Of a stretch of 28,885 nucleotides of DNA, positions 8,607-16,309 are shown piece by piece. This DNA comes from a virus. Taxonomy: Duplodnaviria; Caudoviricetes. The stretch's first letter is position 1. Every line of letters starts with the position of its first letter. Made by a program: the position numbers and the translations under genes. Where the stretch lies: the IMG/VR virus record IMGVR_UViG_3300042318_000924, positions 1 to 28,885 of that record, one strand, 5' to 3'. The notes beneath the pieces were generated by a model. The model saw only the letters and a program-made list of their open reading frames with translations. It was not told where the DNA came from and did not search any database.

Positions 8607-9313
8607 AATATCCTTTATACAGAGATACTCTTTGTCCAAAACTTTGGAACATCAATGAAGATGGTGCCAAACTTGATAATATAGTGCGCAAAGGATTATA
8701 TCAGATTGCAAAAGATTTTGTAAACAATCTCAAGACAGAAAATAATATAGATATAAAGATACATGATATTGTTATCATTGGCAGCATCACCAATTATAAT
8801 TGGACAGATTATAGTGATATTGACTTGCATGTTGTCACAGATTTTAAAGATTTAGATATGACAGCAGATGATGCTCAAACATTATTTGATGCTATAAAAG
8901 TGGGTTGGAACAACAAGCACAACATAACCATGAAAGGTCATGATGTTGAAATATATGTTCAAGACACAGCGCATGTACCTACTTCAGCCAGTTCATATAG
9001 TGTGTTGAAAAATGATTGGATTCAAGAACCTGTTAAAGAAAGTCCAACTTTCAACAAAGAACTTATAAAAAAGAAGTATAAAGAATACAAGAAGAAAATA
9101 ACAACACTATTGTCAAAACATGATGAAACTGCTCTAAAGAGTCTGTTGGACAAGCTTTATAAGTATCGTCAATCTGGGTTGGACAAAGGTGGCGAGTTGA
9201 GTGAAGAAAATATAGTATTCAAGATTATTCGTGCATATGGATATTTGGATAAAATCAAAGATAATATAGCCAAGAACTATGATAAAAAAATGAGCGTCAA
9301 AGAAATTTCATAA
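8603..9313 (+). CDS. Pol-beta superfamily nucleotidyltransferase (236 aa)
   Basis: hGS...DxD signature IIGSITNYNWTDYSDIDLHVV, third carboxylate in DVEIYVQD. ATGA overlap with the HAD gene. Confidence 0.85.
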   Translation: MKYPLYRDTLCPKLWNINEDGAKLDNIVRKGLYQIAKDFVNNLKTENNIDIKIHDIVIIGSITNYNWTDYSDIDLHVVTDFKDLDMTADDAQTLFDAIKVGWNNKHNITMKGHDVEIYVQDTAHVPTSASSYSVLKNDWIQEPVKESPTFNKELIKKKYKEYKKKITTLLSKHDETALKSLLDKLYKYRQSGLDKGGELSEENIVFKIIRAYGYLDKIKDNIAKNYDKKMSVKEIS

Positions 9314-9314
9314 C

Positions 9315-9346
9315 AAAAAGCCCCGATTTCTCGGGGCTTCTTTTTT
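9315..9346. terminator. Bidirectional rho-independent terminator between convergent genes
   Basis: AAAAAGCCCCGA-tttc-TCGGGGCTTcTTTTTT, with an A run on the left and a T run on the right. Confidence 0.9.
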
Positions 9347-9369
9347 AAGTGAATTATTTCTTCACGAAC

Positions 9370-9585
9370 TTATTGCTTCTTTTTACCAGCGGGAGGAGGC
9401 GGCAACTTTGCTGCATCTTCTGGGGTAATCTTTGCTCGTTCTTCTTTGTCCAACTTACCATCCTTGTTGGTATCATACTTGGCAACGATTGCTTTTTGCG
9501 CATCGGTCAGTGGCGGGCGTTCTTTCTGTTCTGCGGCTACAACTGACAATACTGATACTAGTGCTAATAGGATATACTTTTTCAT
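9370..9585 (-). CDS. Small secreted EF-hand protein (71 aa)
   Basis: Signal peptide MKKYILLALVSVLSVVAA, canonical 12-residue EF-hand loop DTNKDGKLDKEE, Pro/Lys tail. Confidence 0.8.
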   Translation of the reverse strand: MKKYILLALVSVLSVVAAEQKERPPLTDAQKAIVAKYDTNKDGKLDKEERAKITPEDAAKLPPPPAGKKKQ

Positions 9586-9678
9586 ATTTTTCTTTTGTTG
9601 CATCAACCGTTATTAGTTGACAATAAGTAGTGTTATCGTATTGGATGATATAGTCAACACTATTTGTACTATATTAAA

Positions 9679-10110
9679 TTATTCTTTCCATTCTCCAATT
9701 CGCTTCAATTCTTTTTCAATAAGGAACCAATCTTTATCGCCTTCAAATCCGGCTTTATCATCTAAAATCACATTGGTATAAAACTTTTTGCTAAAGTCGC
9801 ACAATGCGTCGTTTGGACATTCTGGATTGCAATTTACATGCTTGAAATATACATTATGTTTTTCAAGATTATCCAACACTTTACTGGCAGGTAAGACATG
9901 ACTACTTGTCCATAATATCAGAGATATATCTTCACGCTTGCTCCATTGCTGCAATACTTTGATTGCATTTGGCATATAACCCGCACCATCATTATTTAGA
10001 TTATATTTAGCTTCTAATATAACATCATGCACATCTACAGCAATAAAGATTTTATTCCAACGACGCTTGGCTTTTTCTGTGAAAGATTTTTCTATATTGA
10101 ATATAGTCAT
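9679..10110 (-). CDS. Minimal HAD-superfamily phosphatase-like protein (143 aa)
   Basis: IFIAVDVHDVI (motif I variant DxHD), LILWTSS (motif II), VILDDKAGF (motif IV). Confidence 0.75.
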   Translation of the reverse strand: MTIFNIEKSFTEKAKRRWNKIFIAVDVHDVILEAKYNLNNDGAGYMPNAIKVLQQWSKREDISLILWTSSHVLPASKVLDNLEKHNVYFKHVNCNPECPNDALCDFSKKFYTNVILDDKAGFEGDKDWFLIEKELKRIGEWKE

Positions 10111-10140
10111 ATATGCACGCTATTCATAAATCATGAAATG

Positions 10141-11664
10141 TCAAACTGTTTTGGGTTTGTAAATCCATTTGGTATGACCGCAGTCCCATATTCTATCAAA
10201 TCCATTAACTTTCATATTTTCCCATTCAGACAATGACTCATCAAATTTTTGTAATTTTTTCTTTAGTTTGGATTTTTGAAACATCTGGCGATTGAATAAT
10301 GTGCTAAAATCCGGCGATACATAATGATATCCTTGTGCAGTATTTCCAGCAAACTCCATGCCAAGTCTATTATATATATCTCCTGTAAAAAATCGTCTAT
10401 CAGAATAACTTACCACGCTATTTGGTTTATAATCTTCTAAAAATACACTGAATAATTTACTAGCACCGCCAAGTATTCGTGTATTGAGTGAATTGCAAAA
10501 TCTTGATATTTCCCATTCTATTTTCTTATCAAATCTACTCTTACAAAATGTCATAATACTCACAAGAGAATCTTTATAGTATAATCCATAAGCAACACTG
10601 CAACGATCATCACCTTGTATATGACAATTATTCAAGAAATCTCGCTTGCTGTTTTTATCAACTTTTTTGATTTCACAGTCTCTGCCATATATTTTAGCCA
10701 TTGAACCGCCCAAACTTTGGCGAATAATAGATTTAACAATATTTGTTTTATGCTTCCATTCATTCTCAAATATATGAATCAATCGTATATTTTTCTCTGC
10801 ACATTTTGTTGTTTTATCCAAATGATAGTTTTTACTCATTCTTGTTTGACCTTCTCTGTGCCAATATAAACCATTATATTCAATAGCAAAGTTTAATTCT
10901 GGTATATAAAAATCAAGTTCTTTGCCTTCTAATATAGTTCGGTTATGTCTTGACACAGTTTTTCCATTTAGTTCAGACACCAAAAACTCGTGCAATGATG
11001 TTTCGGCAGTGATTTTCTTTTCAGGATGACACAATTCACAAAATACGTCTGTTGGAACATATACAGTAGAATCAAATCCGCCATTGCATTTCTTGCACTT
11101 AAAGTTATATTTCTTGGAAAAATGATAACCATCATATTCTTCTGGTTGTATCAACCATTCTATTTTTTGATCATTAAAATATACACAAAGTTTTTCATAA
11201 TGATTTTCTTGTTTTACTTTACTTCTGCGATCTATAACTTCACGAGATTTACCAGGATTATCCACTCCATATTTTTTCATCCAACCATCTATTATCTTTT
11301 CTCGTAATGGACTGTTTTTCTGTAAAATATTTTCAACTCCATAGTTTATCATGTTGGTTCGCTTGGACTTGTCGTTGATAGATTTTACTTGTTGAGCAAA
11401 CTCTTTGCCATACTTTGCTTTCATACTAATCTTGAGGTTTTCTACAACACTTGCTGTCTGCATAGGATGTTCCACACCATATTTTAGCAACGAAGTTTGC
11501 TTTTGAGATTGCCTCATTTTTGATAAAACCTCTGGGTCTTTGTTGGCACATGACTTACAGCAATATTTTTGTATATTTCGTTTGACCCATTTCACTTGAA
11601 AATCCATTTGGCATGTCTTGCAAAGCATGTTTGTGTGTATTGGATTTTTCTTGGGTCTTGCCAT
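10141..11664 (-). CDS. Hef-like putative homing endonuclease: Zn ribbons, KYG repeats, Vsr-like nuclease and C-terminal GNAT/Mom-like domain (507 aa)
   Basis: CKTC...YCCKSC, KYGVEHP/NYGVEN/KYGVDNP repeats, ELDFYIPELNFAIEYNGLYWH, IHIFENEW, EISRFC...GGASKL...VVSYSDRRF...RIWDCG. Confidence 0.8.
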   Translation of the reverse strand: MARPKKNPIHTNMLCKTCQMDFQVKWVKRNIQKYCCKSCANKDPEVLSKMRQSQKQTSLLKYGVEHPMQTASVVENLKISMKAKYGKEFAQQVKSINDKSKRTNMINYGVENILQKNSPLREKIIDGWMKKYGVDNPGKSREVIDRRSKVKQENHYEKLCVYFNDQKIEWLIQPEEYDGYHFSKKYNFKCKKCNGGFDSTVYVPTDVFCELCHPEKKITAETSLHEFLVSELNGKTVSRHNRTILEGKELDFYIPELNFAIEYNGLYWHREGQTRMSKNYHLDKTTKCAEKNIRLIHIFENEWKHKTNIVKSIIRQSLGGSMAKIYGRDCEIKKVDKNSKRDFLNNCHIQGDDRCSVAYGLYYKDSLVSIMTFCKSRFDKKIEWEISRFCNSLNTRILGGASKLFSVFLEDYKPNSVVSYSDRRFFTGDIYNRLGMEFAGNTAQGYHYVSPDFSTLFNRQMFQKSKLKKKLQKFDESLSEWENMKVNGFDRIWDCGHTKWIYKPKTV

Positions 11665-11686
11665 AAGTGTATTTGAGTTCGTATGC

Positions 11687-11715
11687 AGTATAGTATTATA
11701 TATCTTATATGTAAA
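11687..11715 (-). promoter_or_regulatory. Sigma70-like promoter for the minus-strand operon
   Basis: On the minus strand TTTACA-17 nt-TATACT, about 23 nt upstream of ATG 11664. Confidence 0.6.
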
Positions 11716-11792
11716 GAAAATATTTCATTGACAGTTGTTTATTTATTATTAGTGAAAACTCACAGCAAACAATCAATCGGAGAAACATAATT

Positions 11793-12287
11793 ATGGCAGA
11801 ACTATTAAGCGCAAATGAAATATTCTTTACGAGTTTTGAACCTAAAGTTCAGAACCGTTTTATCATGAACATCGACGGCATTCCAGCATATCTTATCAAA
11901 GCTGCTGCTCGTCCAAGCATCACAAATGGAACAATCAAACTTGACCACATCAACACATATCGCAAACTGAAGGGCAAGAGCGAATGGCAAGACATTCAAA
12001 TTTCTTTATATGACCCAATCGTTCCATCCGCTGCTCAAGCATGTATGGAGTGGGTTCGTTTGGCTCATGAATCTGTCACAGGTCGTAACGGATATGCTGA
12101 TTTTTACAAAAAAGATGTTAGCATCGACGTTCTTGGACCAGTAGGTGACAAAGTTGAACAATGGCAACTGAAAGGGTGCTTTCCATCCACCGTTGATTTC
12201 AATGGTGCTGGTTTGGATTGGAGTGCAAACGAAGCATTGACCATTAGCATGACGCTGACCTACGACTACGCGATTTTACAATATTGA
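11793..12287 (+). CDS. Tail tube protein (T4 gp19-like, 164 aa)
   Basis: FEPKVQNRF, KGKSEWQDIQISLYDPI, YKKD...LGPVGDKVEQWQLKGCFP, LDWS, LTYDYA. GGAG SD upstream. Confidence 0.93.
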   Translation: MAELLSANEIFFTSFEPKVQNRFIMNIDGIPAYLIKAAARPSITNGTIKLDHINTYRKLKGKSEWQDIQISLYDPIVPSAAQACMEWVRLAHESVTGRNGYADFYKKDVSIDVLGPVGDKVEQWQLKGCFPSTVDFNGAGLDWSANEALTISMTLTYDYAILQY

Positions 12288-12316
12288 TATAACATCTCAA
12301 GCGGTCACGCTTTCGC

Positions 12317-12352
12317 AAATCTCTGTGCTATTTATACGCACAGAGATTTTTT
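12317..12352 (+). terminator. Hairpin/terminator after the tube gene, with TATTTATA in its loop
   Basis: AAATCTCTGTGC-tatttatac-GCACAGAGATTT (12-bp stem) plus T run, immediately followed by ATG 12353. Confidence 0.8.
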
Positions 12353-14059
12353 ATGAACAAAAATATAGAAATTGACAATGATAGCAAAAATGACCATACT
12401 ATATGTGTGCAAAAAAATTTAAAATTTTGGCAAGAAACAAATTGCAAAATTTGCAACACGTCGTTCTGGTCGCTGATAAAGCGTGATCAAAAAACTTGTT
12501 CTGCTAAATGCAGTGGCATATATGTGGCAAGAAATCCAACGAGAATTGCCAAGATTAAAAAGACAAAGTTGGAAAAGTATGGTAACGAAACATATGTAAA
12601 TTCGGAAAAAGCCAAAGTTACTTGTTTAAGTAGATATGGAGTAGATAATGCATCAAAAAGTGAACAAGTATTAAAAAAGATACAACAAACAAATCAAGAA
12701 AAGTTTGGCGTAGACTGGGCATTTCAGTCAAATGAGGTGATAGAAAAAACAAAATCGCACAATATTAAATTGTATGGAGTGGAACATGTATCTCAACGAA
12801 GTGATGTAAAAGATAAAAAGAAAAAAACTTGCTTGATTAATAATGGTGTAGAAAATCCATTTCAATCGTCTGATATCAGGAAAAAGATAAAGCAAACAAA
12901 TCTTGATAAATATGGTGCGGAGCATCCAAGTAAAATGTTGCACGTCAAAGAAGCAAAACGTAAAAAATTTATTGACGCTTTTTACGATATATTGCTGAAT
13001 GAACACAAATTAAATGTTGGGTATATTCCGTTATTTACAAAGGAAGAATATATCAACACAGATAGAATAAATTTGTATAAATTTCAATGCAAGTCATGCA
13101 ATGATATATTTTCAGACCATATAGACGGTGGGCATCTTCCTCGCTGCTTAAAGTGCAATCCGATAGAATATGAAAAAACATCTATTGCAGAAAAAGAAAT
13201 AGTAGAGTATATAAAATCTATCACCAACGAATCTATAGTTGAAAATAGTAAAGATATTTTACCATCTGGGTTGGAGCTTGATATATACATTCCATCAAAG
13301 AAAATCGCTATTGAATTTAACGGATTATATTGGCATTCAGAGATGGCTGGAAAATCAAAAAAATATCATTTGCTCAAAACTGAAGAGTGTGAGTATAATG
13401 ATATACATCTAATTCATATATTTGAGGACGAGTGGAAGAACAAAAAAGAAATAGTAAAACAAAAATTGCGTTCTCATTTTATATATGAAAAAAGAATAGG
13501 TGCGCGAGAATTGATAATATCAGAAATATCAAATGTTGAAAAAGATAAATTTCTTGATGTACATCATATACAAGGAAAAGATATATCATCTGTGAGATAT
13601 GGTGCTTTTTATAATAAAGAATTGGTGGCAGTTATTACATTTGGAAAAGAGCGAGCTGCACTTGGAATCAAAAACCCCAACAAGGATACATACGAATTGG
13701 TTAGATTTGCAACCTCTGTTTCTATAGTTGGAATTGTTTCAAAGTTTTTAAAAGTGTTTATATCCGAACATAACCCTAAAAAAATAATAAGTTATGCAGA
13801 TCGTAGGTTCACATATATACAAAAAAATATATACAGTTCAATAGGAATGAAATTGGCGCATATATCTCCTCCAAATTATTGGTATTTTAAAAATGGTTAT
13901 TATAATAAATATCATAGATTTGGGTTCAGAAAACAGGTACTAAAATCAAAATTACCTAAATTTGATGCTATTTTAACAGAATGGCAGAATATGCAAAATA
14001 ATGGATATAATCGTATTTGGGACTGTGGTAATCTCAAATACGAGATGAATCTGTTATAA
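12353..14059 (+). CDS. Second Hef-like putative homing endonuclease with C-terminal GNAT/Mom-like domain (568 aa; alternative start GTG 12407)
   Basis: CKIC...TCSAKC, six KYG-type repeats, ELDIYIPSKKIAIEFNGLYWH, IHIFEDEW, YELVRFAT...IISYADRRF...RIWDCG. Colinear paralog of 10141..11664. Confidence 0.8.
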   Translation: MNKNIEIDNDSKNDHTICVQKNLKFWQETNCKICNTSFWSLIKRDQKTCSAKCSGIYVARNPTRIAKIKKTKLEKYGNETYVNSEKAKVTCLSRYGVDNASKSEQVLKKIQQTNQEKFGVDWAFQSNEVIEKTKSHNIKLYGVEHVSQRSDVKDKKKKTCLINNGVENPFQSSDIRKKIKQTNLDKYGAEHPSKMLHVKEAKRKKFIDAFYDILLNEHKLNVGYIPLFTKEEYINTDRINLYKFQCKSCNDIFSDHIDGGHLPRCLKCNPIEYEKTSIAEKEIVEYIKSITNESIVENSKDILPSGLELDIYIPSKKIAIEFNGLYWHSEMAGKSKKYHLLKTEECEYNDIHLIHIFEDEWKNKKEIVKQKLRSHFIYEKRIGARELIISEISNVEKDKFLDVHHIQGKDISSVRYGAFYNKELVAVITFGKERAALGIKNPNKDTYELVRFATSVSIVGIVSKFLKVFISEHNPKKIISYADRRFTYIQKNIYSSIGMKLAHISPPNYWYFKNGYYNKYHRFGFRKQVLKSKLPKFDAILTEWQNMQNNGYNRIWDCGNLKYEMNLL

Positions 14060-14084
14060 GAACATGTCATTGAGCATTTTGTTC

Positions 14085-14114
14085 TTGACATCTGTATATA
14101 TCCGACTATACAAT
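14085..14114 (+). promoter_or_regulatory. Sigma70-like promoter
   Basis: TTGACA-18 nt-TACAAT in an intergenic gap. The perfect palindrome TGCTTATAAGCA at 14117..14128 overlaps the predicted start. Confidence 0.55.
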
Positions 14115-14230
14115 CTTGCTTATAAGCATCACAAATCACACAGTAGATGCAAACACTGTATAACTTAGTTACACTTTTTTTATAAACTTATTGATATTTA
14201 TATATACTTAATAATAAGAATAGAAAATCT

Positions 14231-14596
14231 ATGAATAAAGCTCAATTGAAACAATTAGTAAGACAAATAGTAAAAGAAGCAATTGGATTGGGAGTTGCCG
14301 AAACTAATATACAGGAATCTGCTCCACCAAATTTTCCAGCTGCTCTTGAAAAGAAACTATTGGCACAGTATAAAGATGTTCCACAAAAAGCTTATGCTAC
14401 AATGTGGAAGATGCACAATGCTAAAAACGAAGGTAATCAGCGTGTTTGTGAAATGTGGGCTGCTTGGGAAAATAAGGGAATGAATGAAGAACATGATGAA
14501 ACAGACATGAATAATCCGGAAGAAAAGCGTGAAGTTGAATTGGCCAAAAAAGCAAAAGCTGCTGCTGAAGAAATATTAAAAATGCACGGCAAATGA
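14231..14596 (+). CDS. Hypothetical protein with MNKAQLKQLVRQIVKE leader (121 aa)
   Basis: Clean ORF downstream of TATTTATA (14195). ATGA-coupled to the next gene. Confidence 0.8.
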   Translation: MNKAQLKQLVRQIVKEAIGLGVAETNIQESAPPNFPAALEKKLLAQYKDVPQKAYATMWKMHNAKNEGNQRVCEMWAAWENKGMNEEHDETDMNNPEEKREVELAKKAKAAAEEILKMHGK

Positions 14597-14913
14597 AAAA
14601 ATCTGAACTAAGAATTATCATCAACGAAATTGTTCAGCGTAAGCTGAAAGAAATCGGTGAAGTTGGTGCATCTCAATTTGGAGTATCTGCTCCGGAATCT
14701 GGTATGACTGATTCAGACAAAAAATCATTGGCAACATATCAAGCCGCTTTGGATAAAATCACAAATGATATTCGCAAAATTGACGCTGATATAGTCAAAC
14801 TGCATGCACCGGTTCAAAGAAAAATAGAAGGACTTGAACGTAAAAAGGCAAGTTTGTCAAAGAAGCAAGGTCAAGTCATTGACAGAATAAATTCCATCAA
14901 AGACAAACAATAA
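14593..14913 (+). CDS. Hypothetical coiled-coil protein with MKKSELR leader (106 aa)
   Basis: ATGA overlap with the upstream gene. Heptad-rich C-terminal half. Confidence 0.8.
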   Translation: MKKSELRIIINEIVQRKLKEIGEVGASQFGVSAPESGMTDSDKKSLATYQAALDKITNDIRKIDADIVKLHAPVQRKIEGLERKKASLSKKQGQVIDRINSIKDKQ

Positions 14914-14916
14914 TGT

Positions 14917-16305
14917 ATGAAAAAGTCTGAACTAAAGAGTTTGATAAAACTGATAGTCACTGAAAGTCATGATCTGTATTTGGGTGAAGAATCAACTCAT
15001 AAAGTAAAATCCGGAGACAGAGTTCGTTTGATAAACAAAGGTGGATACAACAACTATCAAGGAACTGTAACAAAAATTCAGATGCATGGAAATTCTGGTC
15101 CTTGGGCTGACATAAAATGGGATATGCCACATCATCCATGTACAACTCCGATGGAAACCAAGCATCTGGAAGTTGTTATGAATGAAGGTGAACATCCATT
15201 GCCACAAGACACACATGCCACTGATTTGAATGAGTTGGTTGACAATTCTGTTATGATACAGACTATCAAAGGACCATATAAATTTTGGGCAGATGAAGAT
15301 CGTGAAGAAGATAATATCAAGTTGTTTCATTATGTCAAAGGACCGGATGGAAAAGAACATGACGTGAACATCAGTCCATATGAAATTAACTGGAAATCCC
15401 CAGCTATGATTGAAAAAGTAAAGAAGTGGATTGAATCTGATATGCCAAATACAAAAATCAGCGAAAATAATTTACAAGAAAACAAAACTACCATGAAAAA
15501 GTCTGAACTAAAAGCACTGTTAAAAGTTATTATTCAAGAAGTTGTTGCTGTAAAGCAAAAACGTATTGACGAAACCAAAGGATTGTCTGGATTCAAAAAA
15601 TCCAAAGATTCAAATGATCACACAGAAAATGTTGCTTCATCAAAAGATCTTACGGGCAAGGGACCAGTAGAAAAACAAGAAGGTAAGAAGCTTCCTGTTG
15701 TCAAGAAGCCAGCAACTCCACAAAAAGTCGGCAGCATAAAAGAAGAAATTTTAGAAATGATCCGCGAAGCTATTGATGAATCGGATATTGAAGAAATTCG
15801 TGTTAAAGGTGCTGTGGGCAGCAAGTTCAAGGCTCAAGACGCAAGTTCTCCAACTGGTTGGGTAGTCAAGGGACACAAGACCATTCCAGATGGCACACCA
15901 ACCGAAGCTCCAAAAGGACCATATATTCCAAAAGGAATTGCTGGTATGGGTCGTCCAAAGAAAGTTGCACCAGTTTCAAGTACCGGTGGAACTGATTTTG
16001 ATACAGCAACTCGTGGCGCAATCGAAAATATTTTGACCGCCGCTCCAAACACAACAGACAACGATATCATGCAACAATTGTCTTCAAGTGCAAGCGAAGA
16101 AGAAGTATCTCTAAATCTAGATCCAGCGTTTGTCAAGAAAACAGCAGATGCATTGAGAAAAGAACTTTCTGCTGACACAGACAATCAACTAGACGACGCT
16201 CCAGAAAGCGATCTTGCTGCAATGGCATCATCGGAAGAAAAAAGAAAAGCTGCACAGCGCGCATTTATGATCAAGAAACTACAAGCAAGACGAGCAATCA
16301 AATAA
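14917..16305 (+). CDS. Modular hypothetical protein with two MKKSELK motifs, an SH3/KOW-like segment and an AT-hook-like GRPKK (462 aa)
   Basis: MKKSELK at 14917 and at 15493. KVKSGDRVRL...GTVTKI...ADIKWD segment. GMGRPKK. Confidence 0.8.
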   Translation: MKKSELKSLIKLIVTESHDLYLGEESTHKVKSGDRVRLINKGGYNNYQGTVTKIQMHGNSGPWADIKWDMPHHPCTTPMETKHLEVVMNEGEHPLPQDTHATDLNELVDNSVMIQTIKGPYKFWADEDREEDNIKLFHYVKGPDGKEHDVNISPYEINWKSPAMIEKVKKWIESDMPNTKISENNLQENKTTMKKSELKALLKVIIQEVVAVKQKRIDETKGLSGFKKSKDSNDHTENVASSKDLTGKGPVEKQEGKKLPVVKKPATPQKVGSIKEEILEMIREAIDESDIEEIRVKGAVGSKFKAQDASSPTGWVVKGHKTIPDGTPTEAPKGPYIPKGIAGMGRPKKVAPVSSTGGTDFDTATRGAIENILTAAPNTTDNDIMQQLSSSASEEEVSLNLDPAFVKKTADALRKELSADTDNQLDDAPESDLAAMASSEEKRKAAQRAFMIKKLQARRAIK

Positions 16306-16309
16306 CATC

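Noticed and set aside
10141-14059. Composite transposon or invertible segment around the tube gene
   Set aside because: No terminal inverted repeats, target duplication, transposase or recombinase motifs were seen, and the paralogs are well diverged at DNA level.
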